From a virus (taxonomy: Duplodnaviria; Caudoviricetes): DNA of 61,259 nt. The DNA is taken from positions 1 through 61,259 of IMG/VR virus record IMGVR_UViG_3300042292_000556, one strand, 5' to 3'. The notes beneath the pieces were generated by a model, which worked only from the letters and a program-made list of their open reading frames with translations, was not told the DNA's origin and did not search any database. Below, piece after piece: positions 37,865 through 47,775 of the stretch. The first letter of the stretch is position 1, and every line of letters starts with the position of its first letter. The position numbers and the translations under genes are program-made.

Positions 37865-38752
37865 TTAATCTATTTTTTTCTCTATAGACCTGTAAACTTC
37901 TATACCTTCATCTGTTTTAAAGAAAGCGGCCATAGCTGAGTATGGATTTTCATCAAATGGTACAGTCATTAACTTTCTATTGTTCGATGTCCATGTAAAT
38001 GTACGCTGATCTTGAGATAGCGCTATAATATTAGCTTCAACAGCTCGAATAGCTACATTTCTAAGTTGTACATTTTCATCGTTTGCTAAATCAATAAATA
38101 AGTATGGATTGTTTCTAGCAAATAACATTAAGTCTCTTTTAATTTCTTTAGAAGTCATTTTAGAAACTTTAGATCCAATCTCAACTCTTAATATTGCTTC
38201 AGCTTCATCAATATCCATTTCTCTAGCTGCATTCATTGCATCTAATTGAATGTCCATATCTTCTAAATCATCTGTTGCCATCATAACAGGATCAAACTCT
38301 ACGTATTTTCTGTTTAGGTCAGGATGATATAAAGATAATAGTTTTTGTAAATTTTGTTTTTCTTTAGGTACAGTTAAAGTACCGTTCTTAAATATGATAT
38401 GTCCCAAAGTTGCTTCTCCTTTTTGATCTTCAACAAAAACAGAGTTTTGGTTCGTAGCATATCTTAATTCCTTTTGTTCACCTGCATCTTTGTCAAACCA
38501 TAACAATGGAAATCTACCTGTATGTCTTGAAGCTATAGTATAAGTTAATGGTGAATGTGGTCCAGATAAAATATATGTTCTATCTTTAATTTCCCATTTT
38601 GGCTTTACCGGTTGAGGTTTTTCACTAACAAATTTTCCTTCTATATATGTTTCTTCAACAATATCTTCGGTTTTTTTAAATGTGGTTTCTGGTTCAACGT
38701 ATGTACTAGGTTGAGTAGTTTTTGCTTTAGTAGCAGTTTTAGCTTGTGCCAT
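37865..38752 (-). CDS. Putative virion (cargo/head-associated) protein
   Basis: 295 aa immediately downstream of the major capsid gene. Confidence 0.6.
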   Translation of the reverse strand: MAQAKTATKAKTTQPSTYVEPETTFKKTEDIVEETYIEGKFVSEKPQPVKPKWEIKDRTYILSGPHSPLTYTIASRHTGRFPLLWFDKDAGEQKELRYATNQNSVFVEDQKGEATLGHIIFKNGTLTVPKEKQNLQKLLSLYHPDLNRKYVEFDPVMMATDDLEDMDIQLDAMNAAREMDIDEAEAILRVEIGSKVSKMTSKEIKRDLMLFARNNPYLFIDLANDENVQLRNVAIRAVEANIIALSQDQRTFTWTSNNRKLMTVPFDENPYSAMAAFFKTDEGIEVYRSIEKKID

Positions 38753-38794
38753 GATAAAATATTATATAATTAATTATTGTTTATTAAAAGAGTA

Positions 38795-38827
38795 AAAATT
38801 ACCCCCGTAGATTCAACGAGGGTAAAA
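38795..38827 (-). terminator. Intrinsic terminator after the major capsid gene
   Basis: Minus strand TTACCCTCGT-TGAATCT-ACGGGGGTAA-TTTTT. Confidence 0.75.
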
Positions 38828-38844
38828 TTTACAATTATTTATAC

Positions 38845-40302
38845 TTATGCTGAAGCAGTGAATAACACGAAGTTATTAGCACCTTGCACACATAAACATC
38901 TTTCAGATAAGAAGTGTACCTCCATTGCATCTAAGTCAGATGTGTAAGCACCTCCAACAGATCCAGTGATCCAAGATTTCATTCTTCTGTCATCAGCTTG
39001 TGCAGCTCTATAACGTACGTGTAAGAATGGTCTACGGATGTTAGTTCCTAAAATTTGATCGTAAACTGTAGAAGTTCCAGCAGGAATTAATACACCTTCG
39101 ATTGAACTACCAACACCTGTCATTGCTCCACGAGTAGAAGCATCGTTTAAGTATTTCCAGTCAGTTTTGTAGAAGTCATAAGAACCTCTTCTGAATCCAG
39201 AGAAACCTAAGTTTAATGCCATTTCAGATGAGTTTTCGAATAAACCGTAAGCAACACCACCTGCAGCTCCAGAAGATAAAGATGCTAACATATCATCAAA
39301 ATCTAAAGATAATTGACGGTTTAAGAATAACATGTTTTCTTCAATTGCTCCTTGAGTATCTAAGTTTTTCAAGATAGAATCAAAATCAGCTAATCCAGCA
39401 GCAGCAGTAAAGTTGTTTAAAATATTACCTCTATCTTCTACAGCAGAGAATAAACCTTGAGTACCTTTTTTACCAGCAGCTAATGCAGCAGATCCTGTAG
39501 TAGCTAATTCACCTTCAACAACAGTCATTTCTAAATAGTCTTCAAAACGTAATCTTGTTTCAGATTCAGCTTTTAAGTACCAGTAGTAACCATCAGCCCC
39601 ATCTTCAGTAGTAATTTCTACCCATCCAATTTGTGCAGTATCAGATCCGTTGATAACATATTTGTTACGGATAATTACTGGTGAGTTATTGAATTGAGTG
39701 AATGAAGGAGTAATACTAGTATAGTTATCTCCTGTTAAAGTAGATCCTTTTTTGTATTCAGAACCATAAACGAAGATTTTTAAATCGTCCATTGCATCTG
39801 TAAATCCAGCAGCAGCTAAAGTAGCAGCAGTATAAGGAGCAACAGTTAAAGCACCTGTAGTAACATTACTAGCAGTAACAATAGCTTTTACTTCTAATCC
39901 TGTAGCAGGATTCATAATAACGATTGTTTGGTTGATTGAAATAACGTTTTGTACGAAATTTTTTGGATCTGCTGGCGTTAAGTCAACAGGAATAAGTAAT
40001 GTATTTGCAGCAGCACTTACCACATCTACTCCTGTATATGCAACGTGTAATCTGTTTTGTTCAGACCAGATAACTTGGTCAGATGACATAGGCATTTCTG
40101 CTCCTACCATACGTAAGAAACCAGATAATGTTCTGTTTCCATAACGTTCTACCTCAGCTTCATAAACTTCTGGTAAGTATTGTTGTGCGAACGATACAAA
40201 ATTTGCATTAGCTGGATCTGTAAAGTTTAAATAGTTTGTCTCTAAAGCTTGTTGTTTTTGAGACGGCTTGATTGTACCGAAATTCGGTGTTACATTTGCC
40301 AT
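38845..40302 (-). CDS. Major capsid protein
   Basis: 485 aa after portal and scaffold, followed by a terminator; WSEQNRL and LGFSGFRRGSYDF motifs. Confidence 0.85.
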   Translation of the reverse strand: MANVTPNFGTIKPSQKQQALETNYLNFTDPANANFVSFAQQYLPEVYEAEVERYGNRTLSGFLRMVGAEMPMSSDQVIWSEQNRLHVAYTGVDVVSAAANTLLIPVDLTPADPKNFVQNVISINQTIVIMNPATGLEVKAIVTASNVTTGALTVAPYTAATLAAAGFTDAMDDLKIFVYGSEYKKGSTLTGDNYTSITPSFTQFNNSPVIIRNKYVINGSDTAQIGWVEITTEDGADGYYWYLKAESETRLRFEDYLEMTVVEGELATTGSAALAAGKKGTQGLFSAVEDRGNILNNFTAAAGLADFDSILKNLDTQGAIEENMLFLNRQLSLDFDDMLASLSSGAAGGVAYGLFENSSEMALNLGFSGFRRGSYDFYKTDWKYLNDASTRGAMTGVGSSIEGVLIPAGTSTVYDQILGTNIRRPFLHVRYRAAQADDRRMKSWITGSVGGAYTSDLDAMEVHFLSERCLCVQGANNFVLFTASA

Positions 40303-40319
40303 AATTGTTTTTGTTTAGT

Positions 40320-41480
40320 TTAAAATTTGCTTTTTATTCTTAATTTTGTTGAATCAACACCATTAATAGCTTTTACTTTAAACCCTCCTACATTAATTTC
40401 TCCAGCAGACGTTTGTCTAGGTTCTGTAGAAATATTATTAGATTTTGCTAACATTTCTTTAATCGCGTCAGCTTTTCCTTGTTCGTAAAAATGGTTTGCA
40501 ATACTATCAGTATTTTCAGCGGCATACATTGCTTTATGATAACCAGTCATATCCGTCACTTCACCTTTATCGTTTAAGAACTTCTTAAGTAGGTTTGTAA
40601 TGTTTGATTGTTTATCAGCAATAGCTTCAGTATTTTGTAGATTAAACCTGAATGTTTTTCCACCAGCGTTGAAATCAAAACCTTTGAAATCCTGTGTAAA
40701 AAACTTTTTAGTATTATCTTTGAATACCGAGTGCATTTGCTCAACTGATTGTTGATCCTCTTTATATCGGTTGAAAAAATCAATTGCTTTTTGTTGATCT
40801 GGATTTACATTAGACTTTAATTTAATTTCGTCATAATATTTACTTTTAAGATCCTCTAAAAAGTTTTTGGCTTTACCAACTTCTTCTTTAAAAGCGATAC
40901 GCTTCTTTTTAATTTCTCGCTCATCATCCTCATCTTCATCATACGAAAATGTTTCTTCCATGTGAAAGTCAATTTCGTCTAAATCTAAATGTGGTTTTGT
41001 TTTTTTGTAATATTCTTTTAATAAAACTTCTGGATCTACTTTTGAATAATCCGTATTTAAACGAGTATAATCATTAATGTCTCCTCCTGTTTCTTCCATA
41101 AACGCAATTAACTTTTCTACATTTTCTGGTAATGGTTTACCTGATACTTTTAAATCATTAATTGCTTTATCTGCTTCTGCTTCAAGTTCTTTAGCTTCTT
41201 CAGTATTAGTTTCAATATTAACTACTACTACTTCTTGCTCTTCACCTTGATTGGCAATACCTTCTTGTTGGGTGTTTCCTTCGACCACTTCTTGCAATCC
41301 CACTTGGGACTGTTCTGGCTGTAGCACGCCTTCATCTGTTGTTTGCTCTTGAATGGCATTGTCTTCTGGTTTAATTGTTAAATCTACTTTTGCAATTGAT
41401 TGAGCTGATGCATCTTTTACAACAGGAACCCTTGCTTTTTTAATTTTAAAATCACCTTCTTGCTTAATTGTTTCTTCCAT
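40320..41480 (-). CDS. Capsid scaffolding protein
   Basis: Highly acidic, coiled-coil; between portal and capsid genes. Confidence 0.7.
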   Translation of the reverse strand: MEETIKQEGDFKIKKARVPVVKDASAQSIAKVDLTIKPEDNAIQEQTTDEGVLQPEQSQVGLQEVVEGNTQQEGIANQGEEQEVVVVNIETNTEEAKELEAEADKAINDLKVSGKPLPENVEKLIAFMEETGGDINDYTRLNTDYSKVDPEVLLKEYYKKTKPHLDLDEIDFHMEETFSYDEDEDDEREIKKKRIAFKEEVGKAKNFLEDLKSKYYDEIKLKSNVNPDQQKAIDFFNRYKEDQQSVEQMHSVFKDNTKKFFTQDFKGFDFNAGGKTFRFNLQNTEAIADKQSNITNLLKKFLNDKGEVTDMTGYHKAMYAAENTDSIANHFYEQGKADAIKEMLAKSNNISTEPRQTSAGEINVGGFKVKAINGVDSTKLRIKSKF

Positions 41481-41511
41481 GATAAAATATTATATAATTA
41501 ATTGTTTTGTT

Positions 41512-43929
41512 CTATTTAGGAGAGAACTGCTCCAAACCAAATCCACCTAGATTGTCAAATCCTGCTGATTCAAAATCTTTTGGTAATGTATTATTTTGTC
41601 TTTGTTCAATCAATTCAGATTGTTGTGTGGCTTGTAACTTTGTTCTTTGATCTTTACGATCTTCCATTTTGTTAAGTTTTTCTTGAGCTTGAGCAACCTG
41701 CATTTCTGCTAATTGCATTTGATAACTAAATTCTTCTGCCATCAATTGTTTCTTTATCAATGCTTCTTGTTGCATCTTTTGAATCTCAAACTGTAACTTA
41801 GATTGTTCTAATTGTATCTTTTGTTCTGTAATTGCTTGTTGCTTTTGTACTTCAGCCATCGCTGTTTCCTGCGCCAACTGAGCATTCGCTTGTGCCTGTG
41901 CTTGAATATTAGCTTGCTGATTAGCTTGATCTCTTTCCATTTTTTTCTTTCTCTTATATTTAAGAGATTGATTAGCTAACTTAATATTCTTAATTTGTCT
42001 TAAGTCAATTGCGTCTTCAAGATCAATACCACCTGATTGTAAAGCAACTTGTATGTTTTGTTCTAATTGAGCTTGTTCTTCTTCGTCCGGCTCTAATTCT
42101 AAGAATATACCGAAATCATGTAAGTTTAAATTTTGTAATTCTTTTAATGTTTCAACTGACGAAACCGATATACTCTGCATTAATGAACTTGCTGTTAATG
42201 GGAAGTTTAATGAATCAGCAACTCTTCTTGAAATGTTTTCACATACACGTAAGGTTAAATATAAACTAGATTGTAATATATGCCTTGTTGCTGTGTTTGA
42301 ATTTGCTGCTGCCATTTTTTGTAATCCTACTAAAGCATCTCTATCAGGTGTACTAGCGTCTCTTGCTTCATTCAATCCGGTTACATCACGTATCATCTGT
42401 AAGTAATATTGATATGTTTGTATCAATGATTGTATCTTACCGCTGCCTGATGAAGTTTGTAATTCCTGAATCGGCACCTTAGCTCTATTCATATCACCAT
42501 CCTGTGTCATGGATCTACCAACTATACTACCTGTTTGGAAATACATATTTAATGCTTCTGCCGCATTATATTTTGTACCATTACCTAAATCAACCTCGGC
42601 TAATCCATCAACATCGACGAATACACCATCAGGAACTAATCTAGATAATACTTGTTGTATTTTTAAATGCGTTAACTGAATCATATCTGCAAATCCTGTT
42701 ATACGGCTTACTAATGATTCAATTCTACCTTTGTACATTCTTGGTGCACAAATAGCATAATTCATTTGAACTCTGGTTGTATCAGCAAATGGCCTTGTCA
42801 TATTCTCTGCAAGTTTCCATTCTAACATTTTTTCGTGACCTAATATTTTTGCTCCTGAATATATAACTTCTATACTTCTTGATACTTTGCTAAATGAATC
42901 ATTTTCTGGTGGATTGAAATCATCTGTTTTTTCCAATGCCTTTTCTAAACCAACATCCGTTTGTTTAATTTTAAACACTTGGTTAGAAAATGTTTTATAC
43001 TCAAAATATAATACCTGTACATTAGAAGTATCATAATCTTGTCCGTAATAGTTACGAGTATAATTTACATCTCCTGGATATTTTTCAATCTCTTCTAAGT
43101 CAGCTTTTGTTAAATGTGGAAATTGCATTTTAACCTCTTCTAACGTAATAGATTTAACTTCACCAACATAATATATGTCTTCAAAGTTTGGATCCTCTGT
43201 ATAAGAATAAACAAGGTTAGCAGGATCAACATAGTCTATTGTTACTCCCTCTGCTTTATTCCAATTTGTTTTTGTTGCCGCAATACCCAAAACAACTAAA
43301 TCATAATTTAATCTTTTGTTTATTAACGGATATTTATTATTATCTAATATTTGATTTATTACTTCTTCTTCTGCTATTTCAATTTCTTGTTTATAGCTTA
43401 GTTGCATCCTAATTTCTAATTCTTCTTTATCTTCCGGTAAATTATCGGGATCAGGGCTACTGTACATATTTGCTCCTAAAGTACCCTGTATTTTATCTAA
43501 TAAAGGTTTAGTAAGCATGTCTTTTAATATGTTAGCAGCAAACCCGGTTCTTTTCTTAATTGAATCAGGATCTTGTGCGTATGCTTTAATATCGTAGTTC
43601 TTACTAGATATACCGTTAACAACAATGTCAACAAATTTAGGTATAACCGGAACAGGTTTCCAATCAAGATTCAAATAAGATAAATCACCGTTGATTGATA
43701 ATTCATCTTTATACTTTTGAACCGGTTGTTCTCCTCTAGCATATAATCTTAATCTGTGAAAGTTTTGCCAATTGGACCCCCATCTGTTTCCAGCTCCTCC
43801 AACTCTATCTCCTCTAAACCATTCGTTTTCAATAGCTCTACCGACCAAGGCTCCGTATTCGTAGCTTTGTTTCTCTGAATCCGGTACTACCTGACTAGGA
43901 AAAGAACTATTATTATTAGTATAAACCAT
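41512..43929 (-). CDS. Portal protein
   Basis: 805 aa after TerL; PKFVDIVVNG and IRDVTGLNEARD motifs, Gln-rich C-terminal coil. Confidence 0.88.
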   Translation of the reverse strand: MVYTNNNSSFPSQVVPDSEKQSYEYGALVGRAIENEWFRGDRVGGAGNRWGSNWQNFHRLRLYARGEQPVQKYKDELSINGDLSYLNLDWKPVPVIPKFVDIVVNGISSKNYDIKAYAQDPDSIKKRTGFAANILKDMLTKPLLDKIQGTLGANMYSSPDPDNLPEDKEELEIRMQLSYKQEIEIAEEEVINQILDNNKYPLINKRLNYDLVVLGIAATKTNWNKAEGVTIDYVDPANLVYSYTEDPNFEDIYYVGEVKSITLEEVKMQFPHLTKADLEEIEKYPGDVNYTRNYYGQDYDTSNVQVLYFEYKTFSNQVFKIKQTDVGLEKALEKTDDFNPPENDSFSKVSRSIEVIYSGAKILGHEKMLEWKLAENMTRPFADTTRVQMNYAICAPRMYKGRIESLVSRITGFADMIQLTHLKIQQVLSRLVPDGVFVDVDGLAEVDLGNGTKYNAAEALNMYFQTGSIVGRSMTQDGDMNRAKVPIQELQTSSGSGKIQSLIQTYQYYLQMIRDVTGLNEARDASTPDRDALVGLQKMAAANSNTATRHILQSSLYLTLRVCENISRRVADSLNFPLTASSLMQSISVSSVETLKELQNLNLHDFGIFLELEPDEEEQAQLEQNIQVALQSGGIDLEDAIDLRQIKNIKLANQSLKYKRKKKMERDQANQQANIQAQAQANAQLAQETAMAEVQKQQAITEQKIQLEQSKLQFEIQKMQQEALIKKQLMAEEFSYQMQLAEMQVAQAQEKLNKMEDRKDQRTKLQATQQSELIEQRQNNTLPKDFESAGFDNLGGFGLEQFSPK

Positions 43930-43932
43930 CTA

Positions 43933-46155
43933 TTATATTATTTTTGAACTAAAACCTTCGTTATTATATTTTTTGAAACCTAATGATACCATATCTTTTT
44001 GAGCACGGAACACAGGTGTGTAAGCGTTTTTGTTGCAAGCCATTATAGCTAAACCTGAACTAATAGTAGCATCATGCTTAGTTCTATTGCCTATATTAAA
44101 TCTAGACCAGTCATTTAAAGTTTTCTGGAAATACATATTACCATAACCTCCTTCTAATAATCCTACATTTCTATCTATATAAGATTCTATTGCTGCAGCA
44201 TGTGCTTGTAACATGTCCTGAGAAGCTGAAGGTATGCCTCCAATTTCCTTTTCTGCTGGTGATAAATTATTATATACTTTGTCAGGTCTGTTCATTGAGT
44301 AACCTCTATAACCTCTTCTCTTTAAATAATAAAGTAATCTAGGTTTGTTATTCTCTGCTAATATTGGCATTCCATAAAATACCAAAGCCATTAAAACATC
44401 CTCAAAGAATATCTCTGCTGTTTGTGGTCTAGCTATGTATTCTAAAAAGAAAAGACTAGGTGGAACATCTTCCATTGAGAATTTTGTTAATCCGTGTAAT
44501 GCACCTTTTGATCCTCTGCTTTCGTCAACAGTTCCTGATATATCATAACTATCACATCCAAAAGCACCGCAGTGTTCATTACCTGGATATTTAACTCCAT
44601 TCTTTATAATCACACGATTTTGTAGATTTAGCGGTGGAATCCAAGAAATTAAAAATCTACCATCTTTATTTGGTACAAATATAACTTTAGTATCTTGTAC
44701 ACCGTTTTCCCATTGAAAGCTACCTTGCGTTAAAACATTTGAGTTTCTTAGATCATCATTGTAATCTATTTGCTCATATATTTTTGTAAGATTAAATAAA
44801 GATTGTTTTGCTTCATCCCTAAAAGCATGTTGTTCTGATCTTGGAAACTGTCTGTAGTATTCGTTTAATGCATCTTGATCTGATTTTAAACCATCAACCT
44901 CATTTTGCCAATGTTCAATAACCCCGTAATCAATCCACATATTATCCACACCCCTAACTGGTTGTTCTGGTGTTAAGAAAACAGGCATCCCGTATTTATC
45001 CATAAAACCCTCAAAGTTCCATTCCATTGGTATAAATAAAGAATATAATCCAGAACTAGTTTGCCCGTTACGGTTACGTTTGGTAACGTCTGATCTATAA
45101 TATAATTTTTTAAAGTTTTCTCCTCCTTTATCTAAAGCATTTGAGGTAGAACCCATCATACATTTACCAACAATTCTTCTTCCTAATCGCAAACAGGTTT
45201 GAGTTATTCGCCAGTTATTTAAAATATTATTAGGCTTTTCCCATTTACCACTTTCATCATGAACTAATAATCTTAACTTTTCACCATCATAGCTATTGTC
45301 TCCAGTATTCTTCCAATCAATTGTAGTATCTAGCCCTTCAAGTTCCTCTAATTGTTCTTGAGCTTCTAATTTTCTTCTTGTTAATTTTGATGCAGGTATT
45401 CTATAAGCTAACTCTGTTTTCGGACGGTCCATACCATCTTGAATTGGTTTAAAGAAAAAAGGATAGTTTATTGATATAGGCACAACCTTATCTGTAAACA
45501 TTTTTTTTGCATCATCTCCTGACTTGGATAATATTCCATATCTTGTATCGGAACTTAAGGTAGCTTGGTTAACTAATTCCGCAGATGACATAAATGAAAA
45601 TCCGGAACGTCTATTCTTTAAATAGCACATGCCGTAACATCTGTTATCTGCTTTACAAGCTTCCCAGAATATGAAAAATACTCTATTTGATTCACGAAAA
45701 TCTGGAGCTCCAACATCAATCTTGCTCCATTGTAAATACATATAATGTGTGCCAGTTATATAAGTTGGTACACCATTGTTATAAAAAGAAAAACCTTCTT
45801 CTCTGTATTTAAACTCTGCATCAATAAAGTCGTACCAGTTTTCTTTGAATTTATCCGGATATTTATTCCAATCAAATACACTTTTGATACGTTCAAGCTC
45901 TTTTGGATATACAGCTTGTTCCCAATATTGTTCTTCTTTCTTAGTAGACCTTTTATAAGCATTTTCAATATAAGGTAATGCAATCTTTAAATTTTGTATT
46001 TCTACAACTTCTCCAATCTTACCTGTTTTGCTTATAACAACTACATCGTGTTCTTTATTATATCCGTATTCCCACTTCTTACTTTTATTAAGTCTACTTA
46101 TAATAGAAGGCTTAATATGATTGTCTAAAGTGGTTATTAAATTTTGTTCGTACAT
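43933..46155 (-). CDS. terL: Terminase large subunit
   Basis: Walker A KNRRSGFS, Walker B LLVHDESGK, MGST coupling motif, nuclease GCDSYD. Confidence 0.92.
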   Translation of the reverse strand: MYEQNLITTLDNHIKPSIISRLNKSKKWEYGYNKEHDVVVISKTGKIGEVVEIQNLKIALPYIENAYKRSTKKEEQYWEQAVYPKELERIKSVFDWNKYPDKFKENWYDFIDAEFKYREEGFSFYNNGVPTYITGTHYMYLQWSKIDVGAPDFRESNRVFFIFWEACKADNRCYGMCYLKNRRSGFSFMSSAELVNQATLSSDTRYGILSKSGDDAKKMFTDKVVPISINYPFFFKPIQDGMDRPKTELAYRIPASKLTRRKLEAQEQLEELEGLDTTIDWKNTGDNSYDGEKLRLLVHDESGKWEKPNNILNNWRITQTCLRLGRRIVGKCMMGSTSNALDKGGENFKKLYYRSDVTKRNRNGQTSSGLYSLFIPMEWNFEGFMDKYGMPVFLTPEQPVRGVDNMWIDYGVIEHWQNEVDGLKSDQDALNEYYRQFPRSEQHAFRDEAKQSLFNLTKIYEQIDYNDDLRNSNVLTQGSFQWENGVQDTKVIFVPNKDGRFLISWIPPLNLQNRVIIKNGVKYPGNEHCGAFGCDSYDISGTVDESRGSKGALHGLTKFSMEDVPPSLFFLEYIARPQTAEIFFEDVLMALVFYGMPILAENNKPRLLYYLKRRGYRGYSMNRPDKVYNNLSPAEKEIGGIPSASQDMLQAHAAAIESYIDRNVGLLEGGYGNMYFQKTLNDWSRFNIGNRTKHDATISSGLAIMACNKNAYTPVFRAQKDMVSLGFKKYNNEGFSSKII

Positions 46156-46433
46156 TATTTAGACCTCCCTTCTGCAAATCCTTTAAAAACTTTACTTGCT
46201 TTTTCACTAGATTCTTGTAGTTCTAATTTCTGTCTTTCTTCTTCAATACGATTAAGTATTTCAAAAGCATCGAAGATAGCTAACTTTTTTGTTGCAGCTG
46301 CATTCTTTAATTTGTCTGCAGCCAAGTCATCTTCTCCGTTATCTAAAATAGCTTCTTCAGCAACCTTAATCAGTTCCAATACCGCTTTGTGCCCAGCTTG
46401 GATTATATTCTGCTTCGTTTCCTCTATATTCAT
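46155..46433 (-). CDS. Possible terminase small subunit
   Basis: Helical 92-aa ORF translationally coupled to TerL; assigned from position only. Confidence 0.45.
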   Translation of the reverse strand: MNIEETKQNIIQAGHKAVLELIKVAEEAILDNGEDDLAADKLKNAAATKKLAIFDAFEILNRIEEERQKLELQESSEKASKVFKGFAEGRSK

Positions 46434-46983
46434 ATTTAATTACAATATCATTTGATTTCATACAATATAATCGTTTACCTTCTATGATAAACTCAAATTC
46501 ACCGTATGGTTTATATCCTACTAAGTCACCTGGCACTATTTTCGCTTCATTTAAGGAGCTATTACCGTATTTTAGTATTCCAATAAGTCTCTGCTCTTTT
46601 TCTAAGCTAAAACTGTTATTATTTTTTATAGGTTGTACAAAGCAACGATCGCCAAAAGCTTTCCAATTACCTGTATCACCATATAAATATATTTGATCAA
46701 TGTCTACAAAATATTTGTCCTCGTTAAAGTATGATCTACTGTTCTTTGCTTTACCTCTAATATCATAAAATCTTCTAAAAACATTATGATGTATTATTAC
46801 TTTATCACCAACTTTAATATCTGTTGTTCCAAATAATGGTACCGCTAAAACTTCAGCCATGTTATTAACAGCTTTAAAAGATTCAACCGATGTATTAATA
46901 ATTAAATCTTTATCACCAACTTTAACTGTATTGTCATACCTATTACCAACAGGTTTAACAATAAAGCTAAACATACTTCTCAT
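46366..46983 (-). CDS. GroES-like (apparently tandem-domain) protein
   Basis: Two GroES-like halves: FIVKP...IKVGDKVI and CFVQP...PGDLVGY...EFIIEGKRLYCMKSNDI. Confidence 0.55.
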   Translation of the reverse strand: MRSMFSFIVKPVGNRYDNTVKVGDKDLIINTSVESFKAVNNMAEVLAVPLFGTTDIKVGDKVIIHHNVFRRFYDIRGKAKNSRSYFNEDKYFVDIDQIYLYGDTGNWKAFGDRCFVQPIKNNNSFSLEKEQRLIGILKYGNSSLNEAKIVPGDLVGYKPYGEFEFIIEGKRLYCMKSNDIVIKYEYRGNEAEYNPSWAQSGIGTD

Positions 46984-47210
46984 TAGTATTCTAAATCATA
47001 TTCAACTGAAATAGCCATATTGCTATTAAATTTCTTCCAAGGCATAACCTCATCACTCTTTTTTATAAAAATGTTATAAGAGTTATCTGTTTCATCAAAT
47101 AATATATGTGAAATTTTATGTCCACCGTATACCTCTTGACTTACAGAATAATGCATTGCGTCGTTTTTATAATCAGCGCCAATACTTATTTTTCTAATAA
47201 CATTATTCAT
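46983..47210 (-). CDS. Hypothetical protein
   Basis: 75-aa ORF (IRKISIGADYK.DAMHY). Confidence 0.75.
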   Translation of the reverse strand: MNNVIRKISIGADYKNDAMHYSVSQEVYGGHKISHILFDETDNSYNIFIKKSDEVMPWKKFNSNMAISVEYDLEY

Positions 47211-47454
47211 TATCTGTATTTTTTTCTATATTGGTGTAACTACCATCTTCTAAGTTGATATTTACAGCACCATATTCAGCTTCTAATACTTCTTTAAAAT
47301 CTTCAATCTCTTTATTAAGATCTGCAACTTTATGTAATAATGAATGCTTTTGAGTTTCTAATACACCTAAGTTTGTTAATAACTTACCTAAATCAGCTTG
47401 TTGTCCTACAATTTTATCTAATTGTTCTTTTTTAATCTGTTTTACTACTTCCAT
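47203..47454 (-). CDS. Hypothetical coiled-coil protein
   Basis: 83 aa; LEAEYG.VNINLEDG. Confidence 0.75.
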   Translation of the reverse strand: MEVVKQIKKEQLDKIVGQQADLGKLLTNLGVLETQKHSLLHKVADLNKEIEDFKEVLEAEYGAVNINLEDGSYTNIEKNTDNE

Positions 47455-47481
47455 TTTTATTTAATTTAATTGTTAACTTTA

Positions 47482-47533
47482 GTAACAAGTGAGGACTCGA
47501 ACCTTGAAGTGACCTAATTTCACTACTTGTTAT
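47482..47533 (-). ncRNA. Minimal tRNA-like element (52 nt)
   Basis: Minus strand TAACAAGT/ACTTGTTA stem, AGTGA-AATTAGG-TCACT hairpin, AGG-TTCGAGT-CCT T-arm. Confidence 0.55.
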
Positions 47534-47535
47534 TT

Positions 47536-47775
47536 TTATTTATTGAATAATCTATTATATAAGCTTTGTTTTTTTAAAGGTAATTCTAAAACAACACTAC
47601 CAGGAAACTTATAATTGCTTCCTGGTTGCATTACTTTTTTATTACCTTTATTGTCTATGCCTAATACCGGAAAATCTACACCTTCCATTGTTATATCTCC
47701 GCTTGGTATAATATTATATTCTCTGTTTTTATCAGGACTATTTCTTTTATAACCTTTTGTAGATATGTTTTTCAT
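47536..47775 (-). CDS. Hypothetical protein (IPS..ITM.GV.FPVLG.D..G....M.PG..Y.FPG..V.E.P domain)
   Basis: 79-aa ORF. Confidence 0.75.
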   Translation of the reverse strand: MKNISTKGYKRNSPDKNREYNIIPSGDITMEGVDFPVLGIDNKGNKKVMQPGSNYKFPGSVVLELPLKKQSLYNRLFNK

